Assembly (NCBI GenBank): GCA_029552245.1
Contig: JAKPDW010000077.1
Coordinates: forward strand, 64,438-128,437
Length of the DNA stretch: 64,000 bases
Direction: 5' to 3'
Source: Deltaproteobacteria bacterium
Lineage (GTDB): Bacteria > Desulfobacterota > Desulfomonilia > UBA1062
In this document: in pieces, positions 38,378 through 47,934 of the stretch
Position numbering within the stretch: position 1 is the stretch's first letter
How the letters are laid out: each line of letters starts with the position of its first letter
Made by a program: the position numbers and the translations under genes
The notes under the pieces: model-generated
What the model was told of the DNA's origin: nothing
The model's database searches: none
What the model saw: only the letters and a program-made list of their open reading frames with translations

Positions 38378-41300
38378 TCAGCGGGCGATTCTCGCCGCAA
38401 CCCCCGCCTCGGCGTAGAAGCGCTGCTTGTCAGCGTACATGAGGTCGTCGGCGATCTTCATGACGAGCTCGGGATCGTCCTCGTCGGAGCTCGCGAGCCC
38501 TATGCTGATCCGTACCGGTATGGATAAATGCACTCCCACGGACGGCGACACGACCACGTTCAGGTCCGCCTGAGCCTCCCTGATTCTCTTCAACAGTATC
38601 TGCGCCTGCACCCTGTTGGTCGAGGGCATGAGAACGGCGAACTCGTCGCCGCCTATTCGGGCCACCACGTCTGTCTCCCTGCACACGGACTTGAGCATGG
38701 AGGCCACCTCCACGATGAGCTTGTCACCTGCGGCATGACCGTAGGTGTCGTTGATCTGCTTGAGGCCGTTGACGTCGACGATCAAGACCGAGAACCACAT
38801 GTCCTTGAATCTCTTCGCGTGCTTCACCGACTTCTCGAGCTCCCTGTCCAAGAAGGCCCTGTTGTAGACTCCCGTGAGCCCGTCCGTGGACGCCATCTTC
38901 TCCAGGTCGGCCATGAGCAGCCTGTTCTGCACGACCGCGGAAAGCAGCGAGACGAAGAGGGACACCGTCCTCTCCGACGGACCGTGAATGTCCTTCCCCT
39001 CGAGGATCAGGTACCCCATGACCCTGTCCCCGGGACGGTTCAGGGGGAAGACCTTCCACTGACTGTGCGCGTCTTTGTCCGCACCCTCGACGTCCCTTTC
39101 CGCCTTCCCCGCCAGGATGCCTTCGAACCCTGGGCCTCCCTGAGCGGAAACGCTCTCCATGACGAGCTTCTGCTCTCTCTCGGTGAGCCCGACGAAAGCG
39201 CTCGCATCGATGATACCCCTGCCTTTCTCCACCATGACGATCCCGCCCTTGAGATCCTCGAACAGGCTCTTGAGCTGCATCAGCGTGAACCCGAAGAGGT
39301 CGTCGAGGCTTTTTGCTTGGTGCATCCGGGTGCTCGTCTCGAGAAGGACCTCCGATATCCTGTTCTGGCGTTCGATGAGGGCGTTCCTCTCGGCTACTTC
39401 CCGCTCCTTTATCATCGCCTCTACGAGGGCTTCATTCAGCTCGCCCGTCCTCTTCTCCACCTCCTGTTCCAGGTTCTCCAGGAGCCTCGCGTTCTCGACC
39501 TGCGGGCCGAGCGAGACCGCCAGGTCCGTAAGGACCTCCCTCTCGAGCCTCGAGTACCTCGAGCCGTCGACCTTGGGGCCGAGGAGGAACACGGCCGTGA
39601 GCCTCCCGTGCGAGTGCACGGGCATGAAGATCTCCACCTCCCGGATGGTCCTGTTGTCGGTGAAGCCCCCGGCTGCAGAGCGAGCATCGCCTGCGAGATC
39701 GTCTCTCGAGAACACCCCCCTCCCCTCTGAGCAGAGCGCAAGGAGACGTTCGTCCGCCGCCGGTGACCCGAGGCACCCGCTGAACGGGTCTTCTTCGGTA
39801 TACCCGAAGAGCCCCCTGTGCATGCCTTCATTGTTGGTGATCGTCCAGGCGGCCCCGACATCGGTGCCCTCCCCGGGGAACACCGAGGTCACGAACGTGG
39901 TCCTGAACGTCTCGAACATCCACGATGCCACGTGTCGGTTCAGGTCTTCGAGCCTGAGCACCCTCGTGAGGTTGGACGTGAGCAGCCTGTACCGTTCGTG
40001 AATCCTGTCGGAGGCCTTGGGGATGAAGAGCGAGAGGACCTCGTCCAGGCCCTTCCTCACGGGTGCATTGAGCAGGCTCGCCAGAACGACGCCTGCCACG
40101 AGTGACGACCGGCTGAGACCGAGGGCGACGACGGGCGCCATGGCGATGCCCGCGAGCACGACCGTTGTCCCTGTGAAGAACAGCACACTCCTGAGGTGCT
40201 GAAGGGCCATGGACAGGTTGTACTTGAACAGGCTGTAGGCAAGGCAGACGAGCGGGACGAACACGAACGTGCCCAGCGGGTAGATCTCGTAGCCGTAGAT
40301 CGCCGGGGTATTGGTCAGGCTCATGAACGCGAGGAAGATGAAGGCGGAAATCACGTTCCTCATGGTCCTTCTCCCCGCCGCCTTCTGTCCCCTGAACTTC
40401 ACGAACATGACGTACGCGGCGTAGAGCGTGCCCACGAGCCACAGCGCGCTCATGAAGTCGTAGAGCACTGCCTTCTTTGCGAAGTAGCCCCAGTAGTACG
40501 CATGCATCCCGTCGAAGTACCAGTTCGTCTGGGTGAGGGGGGCCATGCAGGCGCCGAAGACGTACGCCCCCCACACGAGGTACCATCCCTTTTTCCTGCC
40601 GATCACCTTGAACATGAGGTGGAAGTTCGCCCCGAGCATTACGAGCACGAGGAAGAAGTGATCCACACGCGATATCTCGAGCGCGACCTCTCTGTCAGGC
40701 ACGATACCCACGAGCGTGATATCCAGGTTGAGCATCGCATAACAGAAACAGATGAGGCTGAACGGGACCGACTCGGGCCTGTTCCTCTCGAGCACGAGCA
40801 CGTAGAGGGACAGAAAAGCCGCACAGAGGAACGACAGCAGCGGCGGTACACCGTAGGGGACCAGCCTCTCGAGGATGAATTCCGCGGGATACCCTTTCAG
40901 AAGGGCATACGAAGCGGCCACTGCCGCTACGTATATGGTGGAGACAGCTGCACGTATGGCGAGGGCAGGGATGTGGCGGCCCATGGAGAAGCCGAGGCCC
41001 CTCTCGGCCCCGGCCAGGACCGACCATGAGACCACACCCAGCGGAACCCACGCGAGGAAGTATGCAGAGAGCCCGAAGCGAACCTCGGTGATCATGCTGA
41101 CGAGCACGATGAGGCCGAGGGCGGCGTATCCCCCCAGGAAGTACCGTGCATTGACCTTCTCGGCGCCGACCTCCCGAGCCTTTGCGAAGGCGCCCACGAT
41201 CCACAGGGAGCGGGAGAGCGCGGCCGTCAAGGAGCCGAGGAACAGGTATTGACCGATTCCCCTCCCGAACACGACCGGCCCGAGAGAGGTCGTCGACTCG

Positions 41301-42391
41301 GCCATGATAACCGCGGCCGACACCGCACCCGCCGCGTAGAAGGCGATCACTTCCCTGCCCGGGGTCTTCCTCGTGAACCTTTCGGCCAGGTGGAGCACCA
41401 CGCCCGGCGACAGGGCGAGGAGCAAGTCGTTCAAGAGGTAGATCTCCCTGAGATTTCCCTGGTAAAACACCCCCATGATGTCCCTGAGATTCAGGATGGC
41501 GCCCATGAGCGCCCCCGCGGACAACAGCGCCGCGTCGACGAGACTGCGTTTGCTGGCCTTTGCGATGATCGCGGCGCACGCGCCGCACAGGAAGAACGAC
41601 GCCACGCTGGAGGCGGCGAACCAGAGGAGGTGCACAGGCGTATCTGAGAGACCCGTGGTCACGGGGGTGGTGAGGGCGAACAAGAGGTCGGCCGACACCG
41701 CAAGAAAGAACGATGCCACCAAAAGCGCGGTCACGAGTCGCACCTGGTTCGCGACCCTCTCTTCCTCGTTGACCCCCTCGAGGAGGAGGCCGACAGCCGC
41801 CATGATGAGTCCAACGAAGGCGAATCCCATGGGGGGAATCGGCCATTCCACGAAGAAATCCAGGGCGGAAAGGGCTGCAAGCGACACGACCCCGGCGACG
41901 GTGACGATACGCACAGGCCCAAGGCCTTTCTCAGGGCCGCCACCGCCCCTCAGGTATCCCGGGACGACCGGGGCCACGGAACCCGCGAGGATCACCACGG
42001 CGAACCATGGCGCTGTGTCCGCCGGGTTGAGCGCGTTCCCTGCGGACAGCGAGATGAAAACGGCAGTGGCCGCGACGAGGACGGCCTGCCACGTGCACAT
42101 GGCCCGCCCTCTCCCTGCGGCCTGGAGGAGGCAAACGGAAAGAGGCGGGATGAAGAGCTTCACGAGGGTGACGACCCCCGGCAGAGAGAAGGGGACGCCG
42201 ATCATCGAGGCCGTCTTCGACGCCACCGAGGCGCCTGCATCCACCACGCACAAGAGGCTCACGATCGCCATGATCCTCTTGTGTGCATCCATCGCGCCAG
42301 TCCCCAGTACGAGCACGAGCATCGATGCACCGGTGAGGACCGTCAGCAGCTGGGGTATGGCGAACATGTACCCGGGTGTGAGCATCTCCAA
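38378..42391 (-). CDS. Large polytopic membrane diguanylate cyclase (7TM-like repeats, GAF-like, GGDEF)
   Basis: About 750 hydrophobic N-terminal residues; GAF-like region; DGLTGVYNR, DVNGLKQINDTYGHAAGD, RETDVVARIGGDEF (RxxD I-site and GGDEF intact). Confidence 0.92.
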   Translation of the reverse strand: MEMLTPGYMFAIPQLLTVLTGASMLVLVLGTGAMDAHKRIMAIVSLLCVVDAGASVASKTASMIGVPFSLPGVVTLVKLFIPPLSVCLLQAAGRGRAMCTWQAVLVAATAVFISLSAGNALNPADTAPWFAVVILAGSVAPVVPGYLRGGGGPEKGLGPVRIVTVAGVVSLAALSALDFFVEWPIPPMGFAFVGLIMAAVGLLLEGVNEEERVANQVRLVTALLVASFFLAVSADLLFALTTPVTTGLSDTPVHLLWFAASSVASFFLCGACAAIIAKASKRSLVDAALLSAGALMGAILNLRDIMGVFYQGNLREIYLLNDLLLALSPGVVLHLAERFTRKTPGREVIAFYAAGAVSAAVIMAESTTSLGPVVFGRGIGQYLFLGSLTAALSRSLWIVGAFAKAREVGAEKVNARYFLGGYAALGLIVLVSMITEVRFGLSAYFLAWVPLGVVSWSVLAGAERGLGFSMGRHIPALAIRAAVSTIYVAAVAASYALLKGYPAEFILERLVPYGVPPLLSFLCAAFLSLYVLVLERNRPESVPFSLICFCYAMLNLDITLVGIVPDREVALEISRVDHFFLVLVMLGANFHLMFKVIGRKKGWYLVWGAYVFGACMAPLTQTNWYFDGMHAYYWGYFAKKAVLYDFMSALWLVGTLYAAYVMFVKFRGQKAAGRRTMRNVISAFIFLAFMSLTNTPAIYGYEIYPLGTFVFVPLVCLAYSLFKYNLSMALQHLRSVLFFTGTTVVLAGIAMAPVVALGLSRSSLVAGVVLASLLNAPVRKGLDEVLSLFIPKASDRIHERYRLLTSNLTRVLRLEDLNRHVASWMFETFRTTFVTSVFPGEGTDVGAAWTITNNEGMHRGLFGYTEEDPFSGCLGSPAADERLLALCSEGRGVFSRDDLAGDARSAAGGFTDNRTIREVEIFMPVHSHGRLTAVFLLGPKVDGSRYSRLEREVLTDLAVSLGPQVENARLLENLEQEVEKRTGELNEALVEAMIKEREVAERNALIERQNRISEVLLETSTRMHQAKSLDDLFGFTLMQLKSLFEDLKGGIVMVEKGRGIIDASAFVGLTEREQKLVMESVSAQGGPGFEGILAGKAERDVEGADKDAHSQWKVFPLNRPGDRVMGYLILEGKDIHGPSERTVSLFVSLLSAVVQNRLLMADLEKMASTDGLTGVYNRAFLDRELEKSVKHAKRFKDMWFSVLIVDVNGLKQINDTYGHAAGDKLIVEVASMLKSVCRETDVVARIGGDEFAVLMPSTNRVQAQILLKRIREAQADLNVVVSPSVGVHLSIPVRISIGLASSDEDDPELVMKIADDLMYADKQRFYAEAGVAARIAR

Positions 42392-42745
42392 GCTCTCCGT
42401 CCACGGTCAGGGTGAACGCAGAAGTGTCCTTCCTGCCATATGCATCCTTATCGGTGAGGAGGATAACCGGGTTTACATCTTCCCAGGCCTTAGCATGCGG
42501 GAGGTTGTGCGCCCTGAGGCCGGGGTGCCCGGCTGGAATGCGCATCGTCCGTGCGAAGGCGCCGCCGCTCACCCGATCGACGCTCTGCCCTTGTGCACCT
42601 CGCGTATCCAGGAGCAGGACCGGCCGCGAGATCGACGTTGTTGACTGGGGTACACCGCGCGCGATAGATAGATATTCCCCGGCCGGAGGGATCTCTCGAC
42701 GTGAAGGGCCGGGAAGAAGGGACACACAGAGAAGGGGGATCACGG

Positions 42746-43861
42746 ATGTCGATGGTGGCGTTTATCGGGTGGCGCGGCATGGTGGGTTCCGTGCTCATGG
42801 ACAGGATGATCGCCGAGGGCGATTTCAAGGGCTTCGACGCCGTCTTCTCCTCCACCTCCCAGGTGGGGCTCGAGGGTCCGGACGTGGGCCTGGACATCCC
42901 GCCGCTCAAGGACGCGTACGACATCCGCGAACTCAAGAAGGCGGACATCATCGTCACCTGCCAGGGAAGCGACCACACCAAGGAGGTTTACCCCAGGCTC
43001 CGCAACGACGGCTGGAAGGGTTACTGGATCGACGCGTCGTCCGCCCTTCGCATGAAGGACGACAGCATCATCATCCTCGACCCCGTGAACCGCGACGTGA
43101 TCGACAGGGGGTTGCACAGGGGCGTCAAGGACTTCATCGGCGGCAATTGCACGGTGAGCCTCATGCTCATGGCGATAGGCGGTCTGTTCAAGTCAAACCT
43201 CGTCGAGTGGGTGTCGTCGATGACCTACCAGGCCGCTTCGGGTGCGGGCGCGAACAACATGCGGGAACTCGTGGAGCAGATGGCCTTCGTCGGCGACGCC
43301 TCCAGGTCCCTGCTCGAACGTCCTGCAACGGCCGCTCTCGAGCTCGACCGGAAGGTCATGGAGGCGATCGGGGACCGGTCGTTCCCCAAGAAGGTCTTCG
43401 GGTATCCCCTCGCAGCCAACGTGCTGCCCTGGATCGACACCGAGATGGAGAACGGACAGAGCAGGGAGGAGTGGAAGGGCATGGTGGAGACCAACAAGAT
43501 CCTGGGCACCGAGAAGCCCATCCCCATAGACGGCATCTGCGTTCGCGTGGGCGCCATGCGCTGCCACTCCCAAGGCTTGACCGTCAAGCTGGCGAAGGAC
43601 GTCCCCCTCGGGGAGATCAACGACATCATCGCCGCCGCGAACGACTGGGTCACCGTTGTACCGAACACCAAGGAGGAGACGCTCAAGAACCTCACCCCCG
43701 CCGCCGTCACCGGCACCCTCAAGGTCGCGGTGGGGCGCATACGGAAGATGACCTTGGGCGAACGTTTCCTTGCGTGCTTCACCGTGGGGGATCAGCTACT
43801 CTGGGGTGCGGCGGAGCCCATACGCAGGATGCTCAGGATCGCCTTGGACCACATCGGGTGA
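42746..43861 (+). CDS. asd: Aspartate-semialdehyde dehydrogenase
   Basis: FIGWRGMVGSVLM, GGNCTVSLMLM, YQAASGAGA, DGICVRVGAMRCHSQ, GDQLLWGAAEP. Confidence 0.97.
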   Translation: MSMVAFIGWRGMVGSVLMDRMIAEGDFKGFDAVFSSTSQVGLEGPDVGLDIPPLKDAYDIRELKKADIIVTCQGSDHTKEVYPRLRNDGWKGYWIDASSALRMKDDSIIILDPVNRDVIDRGLHRGVKDFIGGNCTVSLMLMAIGGLFKSNLVEWVSSMTYQAASGAGANNMRELVEQMAFVGDASRSLLERPATAALELDRKVMEAIGDRSFPKKVFGYPLAANVLPWIDTEMENGQSREEWKGMVETNKILGTEKPIPIDGICVRVGAMRCHSQGLTVKLAKDVPLGEINDIIAAANDWVTVVPNTKEETLKNLTPAAVTGTLKVAVGRIRKMTLGERFLACFTVGDQLLWGAAEPIRRMLRIALDHIG

Positions 43862-43880
43862 CGATCCCGGGTTGCAGGCC

Positions 43881-44699
43881 TCAAGCAGCCAGGTGCGTCC
43901 TGCCTGCGAGGCGGCCGTCAACCCCCTCGATCACCGCCTCGACGGCCACGGGGAGATGGTCGGACAGCGGGATGCTGAGCGTGCATGCCCGCCGGATGGT
44001 GATCCCCGCCGAGACCATGACGTGGTCGATATCGCGCATGGGCCTCCAGCTCGGGTAGGTCGGGGCATGATCGAGGGCGCTTCTGAGCCCTGTCATCGAG
44101 GCCAAGAAACGCATCTCCTCGCTCTCCTGGGTGCAGTTGAAGTCCCCCATGAAGATCGTCCTCTCGGCGATCCCGCCGAGGATCTCCCCGATACGGATCA
44201 TCTGCCTCGCGCGGTCTTTCGACCCCAGCGACAGGTGGCCCACGGCGACGGCTATGGGTATGCCTTTCGCCTCGATGTGCACGACCAAGAGACCGCGCCC
44301 CGGGATCTTCCCGGGAAGCCTGTGGCGTACGACCTTCGTTATGGGGAACCTGGAGAGCAGCCCGATGCTGTGGCGGGCGACGAACAGGTCACGGTTTATC
44401 TGCTCGGCCCAGCTCTCGAAACCCGCCAGGGAAGCGAGCAGGCTCGTGTGGTTCGTGAAAGAGGACCTCAGGCTCCCCCCGTCCGACTCCTGGAGCCCGA
44501 CGAGGTCAAACCCGGATAGAAAGCCCGCCATCTTCCCGAGGTTGTCGAGCTTGCACCGCGAGGGGAGCACGTGCTTCCACAGGTTCTTCAGCCTCTCCGA
44601 CGAACGGGAGGCGCGTATGCCTACGTGGGTGTTGTAGCTCAGGATCTTGAGAGAGATGCAGTCCTGTCCTTTCGCGGTCGATGTGGCATGCGCCCTCAC
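43881..44699 (-). CDS. Endonuclease/exonuclease/phosphatase (EEP) family protein
   Basis: LSYNTH, LVGLQESD, MGDFNC, PTYPSW, IDHVMVS, SDHLPV; start uncertain. Confidence 0.9.
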   Translation of the reverse strand: MRAHATSTAKGQDCISLKILSYNTHVGIRASRSSERLKNLWKHVLPSRCKLDNLGKMAGFLSGFDLVGLQESDGGSLRSSFTNHTSLLASLAGFESWAEQINRDLFVARHSIGLLSRFPITKVVRHRLPGKIPGRGLLVVHIEAKGIPIAVAVGHLSLGSKDRARQMIRIGEILGGIAERTIFMGDFNCTQESEEMRFLASMTGLRSALDHAPTYPSWRPMRDIDHVMVSAGITIRRACTLSIPLSDHLPVAVEAVIEGVDGRLAGRTHLAA

Positions 44700-44840
44700 T
44701 CGTCGTCCCCCCTTCGGGCTTCGGTCTGGTATTGCACACTCCTCAACGAAATGCAACGACGGCTCGCGAGCGCGGGAATCCCGACACATTGGGCCGACGT
44801 GCAACCGTGGATCATCCCTGGAGGCTGGCCCCGGGTCTCG

Positions 44841-45248
44841 TCAGGAAACCCCCCTCTCAACGAGGAACTGGCCGTACCTCTTGTCAGAACCCAGAATATG
44901 TTTCTTGAGCCAGTCGGTGAGGAAGTTCATGACATCCGTGGACAGGCCTATCCTGCCGGCGTCGAAGCCCTTCTGGAACTCACGGACCTTCGACGTGAAC
45001 TTCTCGTGTTCCTCGAGGTGCGGCCCGGCCCCCGGGTACTCATACCTCTTGAAGTACTCCTCCTCGGTCGAGAAGTGCATCGCGGTGTACCGGACCATCT
45101 CCGAGAGTATCCCGGACAGGACGGACTTGCCCCTGCCCTGCCGCATCGCGTCGTCGAGAGTGTTGATCATGCCCACGAGCTTCCTGTGCTGTTCGTCTAT
45201 CACCGCTATGCCGACACTGTAGGAGTCGTCCCACTGGAAGAGCGCCAT
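44841..45248 (-). CDS. Bacteriohemerythrin
   Basis: WDDSYSVGIAVIDEQHRKL, HFSTEE, HLEEHEKF, WLKKHILGSD. Confidence 0.95.
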   Translation of the reverse strand: MALFQWDDSYSVGIAVIDEQHRKLVGMINTLDDAMRQGRGKSVLSGILSEMVRYTAMHFSTEEEYFKRYEYPGAGPHLEEHEKFTSKVREFQKGFDAGRIGLSTDVMNFLTDWLKKHILGSDKRYGQFLVERGVS

Positions 45249-45960
45249 GGATTCCCCCCTCTCCGGTCTGTGTGAGACCTGTCGTTGCATGGTTGCTTCC
45301 CGTGATTATCGGAGAGGGGTCGTGAAACTTTATGGGTCGTCCGCACGGGGTCGACACCATGCGCATGCGAGGCAGGCTTTCACCCGTCGCGTCATGGGAG
45401 GGCTTGCTGGGGCGCTTACCCGACATCACACCGGGGCAGGGAGTGACACCACCCCCGCCTTGTCATGCCCCGGCCTCCGGGGTGTCGGCCCCGCACCACA
45501 GCGACGGGGGAGGCCCTTCACCTTGAGGCATCCACGGCCCGGGACCCGTATGTGCGAGGGGAGGCGCCGGGAGACACCTGGTGGGAAGAAAGCGCATGGC
45601 TTTCCCTCGATCCGTGCATCAAGCGGGTTTCCTCCGGGTTCGGGCACCTCATGGAATGCACCGTACTCGACCCCCCTTGGCCAGGATACGCGACAGCGTA
45701 CATATCCCGGTTTCCCGGATGGCACGCGGAGTGGGAGGTCTCTCCCGGTCGAGACGCGCTCTTCATCGATGCCCTCCTTCCCCGCACTCACTCCCGTCAC
45801 GAGGCACGCCATGGGCCTTCGCGCAGGCGCCTGCCGTCTTGCATCCCGCACCCCAAGGAGCCGCCGCACCCCCAAGGCCCATGGTACTGCTTCCCTCCGC
45901 TCGAACGGCTCGGGACACACCGGCGATGTCGTCTCTTCAGAACGCAGGAAAGGGGTCCCC

Positions 45961-46752
45961 ATGTGCGGCACGCGCAAGGAAACCCTCAAGAAACAGCGCC
46001 TTCATGCCGTAGAGAACCATGACATCCATACCGGAGATGCAGGGGAGATGGACTGTCTCGTCATCACGTACACGTTCACCATGGCTCGCGGGGACAGGGC
46101 GTCTTTCAGGCTCGAGATAGACCCAGTGAGCATAGAGCTCAGGCCCCAAGGCGGGGGCCCCTTCCCGGAGTGGACCAGGCTCACCTTCAAGAGATGCCGC
46201 GTGTGCACCCTCACGCCCTCGGCCCACCCCTTCTGCCCGATCGCAGTGAGGCTCGTTCCGATCGTGGACAGGTTCAAGGACGTCAGATCGTACGAGGAGG
46301 TGAGCCTGGAGGTGGAGACGGCGGAGAGGACCACCCTCAAGGTCACGAGCGCCCAGAAGGCCCTCAGTTCCCTCATGGGCCTGCTCTGCGCTGTCTCCGG
46401 GTGTCCGGCGACCCGCTTCCTGAGGCCCATGGCCCGCTTCCACCTGCCGTTGGCCACGCAGGAAGAGACCGTGTACCGGGCTGTCTCCACGTACCTCCTC
46501 TCCAGGTACTTCATGGTCAACAACTCCACCTCGAATGCCCTCGCCATGAATGTGTCCCTCGATCCCCTCGTCAGGAAATACAAGGCACTGGAAGAAGTGA
46601 ACACCGGCATGTCCGAGAGGATCCGCTCGGGCGCGAGGCTGGATGCCGCGGTGAACGCCATGGTGATCCTCGATTCCTTCGCAAAGGCGCTGCCCTTTGC
46701 CGTGGAAGACTCCCTGGAGCGCCTCAGACCCCTGTTCTCGACAACCCCCTGA
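45961..46752 (+). CDS. Conserved hypothetical protein (possibly DUF6901-like)
   Basis: Good RBS; WTRLTFKRCRVC..CP, SLMGLLCAVSGCP, LRPMARFHLPLAT; family name from memory only. Confidence 0.6.
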   Translation: MCGTRKETLKKQRLHAVENHDIHTGDAGEMDCLVITYTFTMARGDRASFRLEIDPVSIELRPQGGGPFPEWTRLTFKRCRVCTLTPSAHPFCPIAVRLVPIVDRFKDVRSYEEVSLEVETAERTTLKVTSAQKALSSLMGLLCAVSGCPATRFLRPMARFHLPLATQEETVYRAVSTYLLSRYFMVNNSTSNALAMNVSLDPLVRKYKALEEVNTGMSERIRSGARLDAAVNAMVILDSFAKALPFAVEDSLERLRPLFSTTP

Positions 46753-47014
46753 GCCCCTTGCAGGCAAGGGCCCAGTCCAAGGCCGTCATGACAGAGCTCG
46801 AGGCCATTCGGCCGACCGGGTGCTCCGTCACCATCTCAAGGCGCCGGCGGCACGCGACGCGTACCGATTGGGTGAGCCAGGTATGCCTTCCGGGGCCCTT
46901 ACGCCGGAGACCTGTTCCTGGAACACCTCGCGAAGAGACGGCGAAACCATCGCGCGCCGCCCCCGGTACCTCGTACACCCCCCTGGGATCCTCTTCGCAG
47001 GAACACGATATCGC

Positions 47015-47063
47015 TTGACATGCGTTCACCCGTTTACTATTGACAACAATATGCAAAATATTG
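47015..47063 (+). promoter_or_regulatory. Promoter and AT-rich palindrome (candidate Fur box) at the fur start
   Basis: TTGACA at 47015-47020; CAATAT-GCAAA-ATATTG palindrome at 47047-47063 overlaps the ATG. Confidence 0.4.
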
Positions 47064-47563
47064 ATCAGTATGACAGCTGTTCACACTGCTCCCCCAAGGG
47101 CACATGTTTCGATAATTTCAAGGATATCCTTGCCTCGAGGGGGGGAAGGCTGACGAAAGAACGCCTATCACTATTGAAAACGGTTTGCAATATGAAGGGC
47201 CACTTCCAGCCCGCCCACGTCCTCGAGGCCATGAGGAGCCAGGGGTACGGCCTATCGCTGGCGACCGTGTACCGGACCCTCTCCTTGCTCGCCCAGGCCG
47301 GCATCGTGACCAGGGTGGGCGCCTCCGACGATCCGGACTCGGCCGGCTCCTGGTACGAGCACACCTGGCGTCGGGAGCACCATGACCACCTCGTGTGCAC
47401 GCACTGCGGGGCGGTCATCGAGTTCTCGTACCCAGCCATCGAGGTCCTGCAGGAGGCGGTGGCCAGGGAGCACGGGTTCGTCCTCGAGGGACATTCGCTG
47501 GAACTGAAAGGAATATGCGCCAGATGCAGGGAAAACATCACCGGTGGGGTCGGCAAGACATGA
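47051..47563 (+). CDS. fur: Fur-family metalloregulator
   Basis: RLTKER, SLATVYRTL, HHDHLVCTHCG, CARC; heads feoAB; start inferred. Confidence 0.88.
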   Translation: MQNIDQYDSCSHCSPKGTCFDNFKDILASRGGRLTKERLSLLKTVCNMKGHFQPAHVLEAMRSQGYGLSLATVYRTLSLLAQAGIVTRVGASDDPDSAGSWYEHTWRREHHDHLVCTHCGAVIEFSYPAIEVLQEAVAREHGFVLEGHSLELKGICARCRENITGGVGKT

Positions 47564-47934
47564 CAAAGAAACACGGGGAACGACCGGCACGCCCGTCCAT
47601 CCCGGGGGATGGAGGAACAGGCGGGAAGAGCACGAGCGCCCAGACCACTCACGATGGGCCATGCACGGAGGACACCCCACCCGCACAGCCGAGCGTGCTC
47701 GCAGGCATGAGCGAAGGCTCGAGCGCCCTCATCGTGCGCATCATGGGCGGCAAGCACATGAGGGCGCGCCTTGCGGGTCTCGGGCTCCATGAAGGTTCGC
47801 GCATCCGCCTCTTGAGGGCGGCGCCCTTTTCCGGCCCCCTCCTCGTCGAGGATCTCATGAGCGGGGCGAGGGTGATGATCGGCCGCGGCATGGCCAGTTC
47901 CATCGAGGTACGCCATGACCCCAAGGCAGGGTGA
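47560..47934 (+). CDS. feoA: Ferrous iron transport protein FeoA
   Basis: RARLAGLGLHEGSRIRLLRAAPFSGPLLV; ATGA overlap with fur. Confidence 0.88.
   Translation: MTKKHGERPARPSIPGDGGTGGKSTSAQTTHDGPCTEDTPPAQPSVLAGMSEGSSALIVRIMGGKHMRARLAGLGLHEGSRIRLLRAAPFSGPLLVEDLMSGARVMIGRGMASSIEVRHDPKAG

Noticed and set aside
42746-43861. Gammaproteobacterial-type asd as evidence of horizontal transfer
   Set aside because: Codon style matches the neighbours, no mobility marks are present, and this Asd type is not restricted to gammaproteobacteria.
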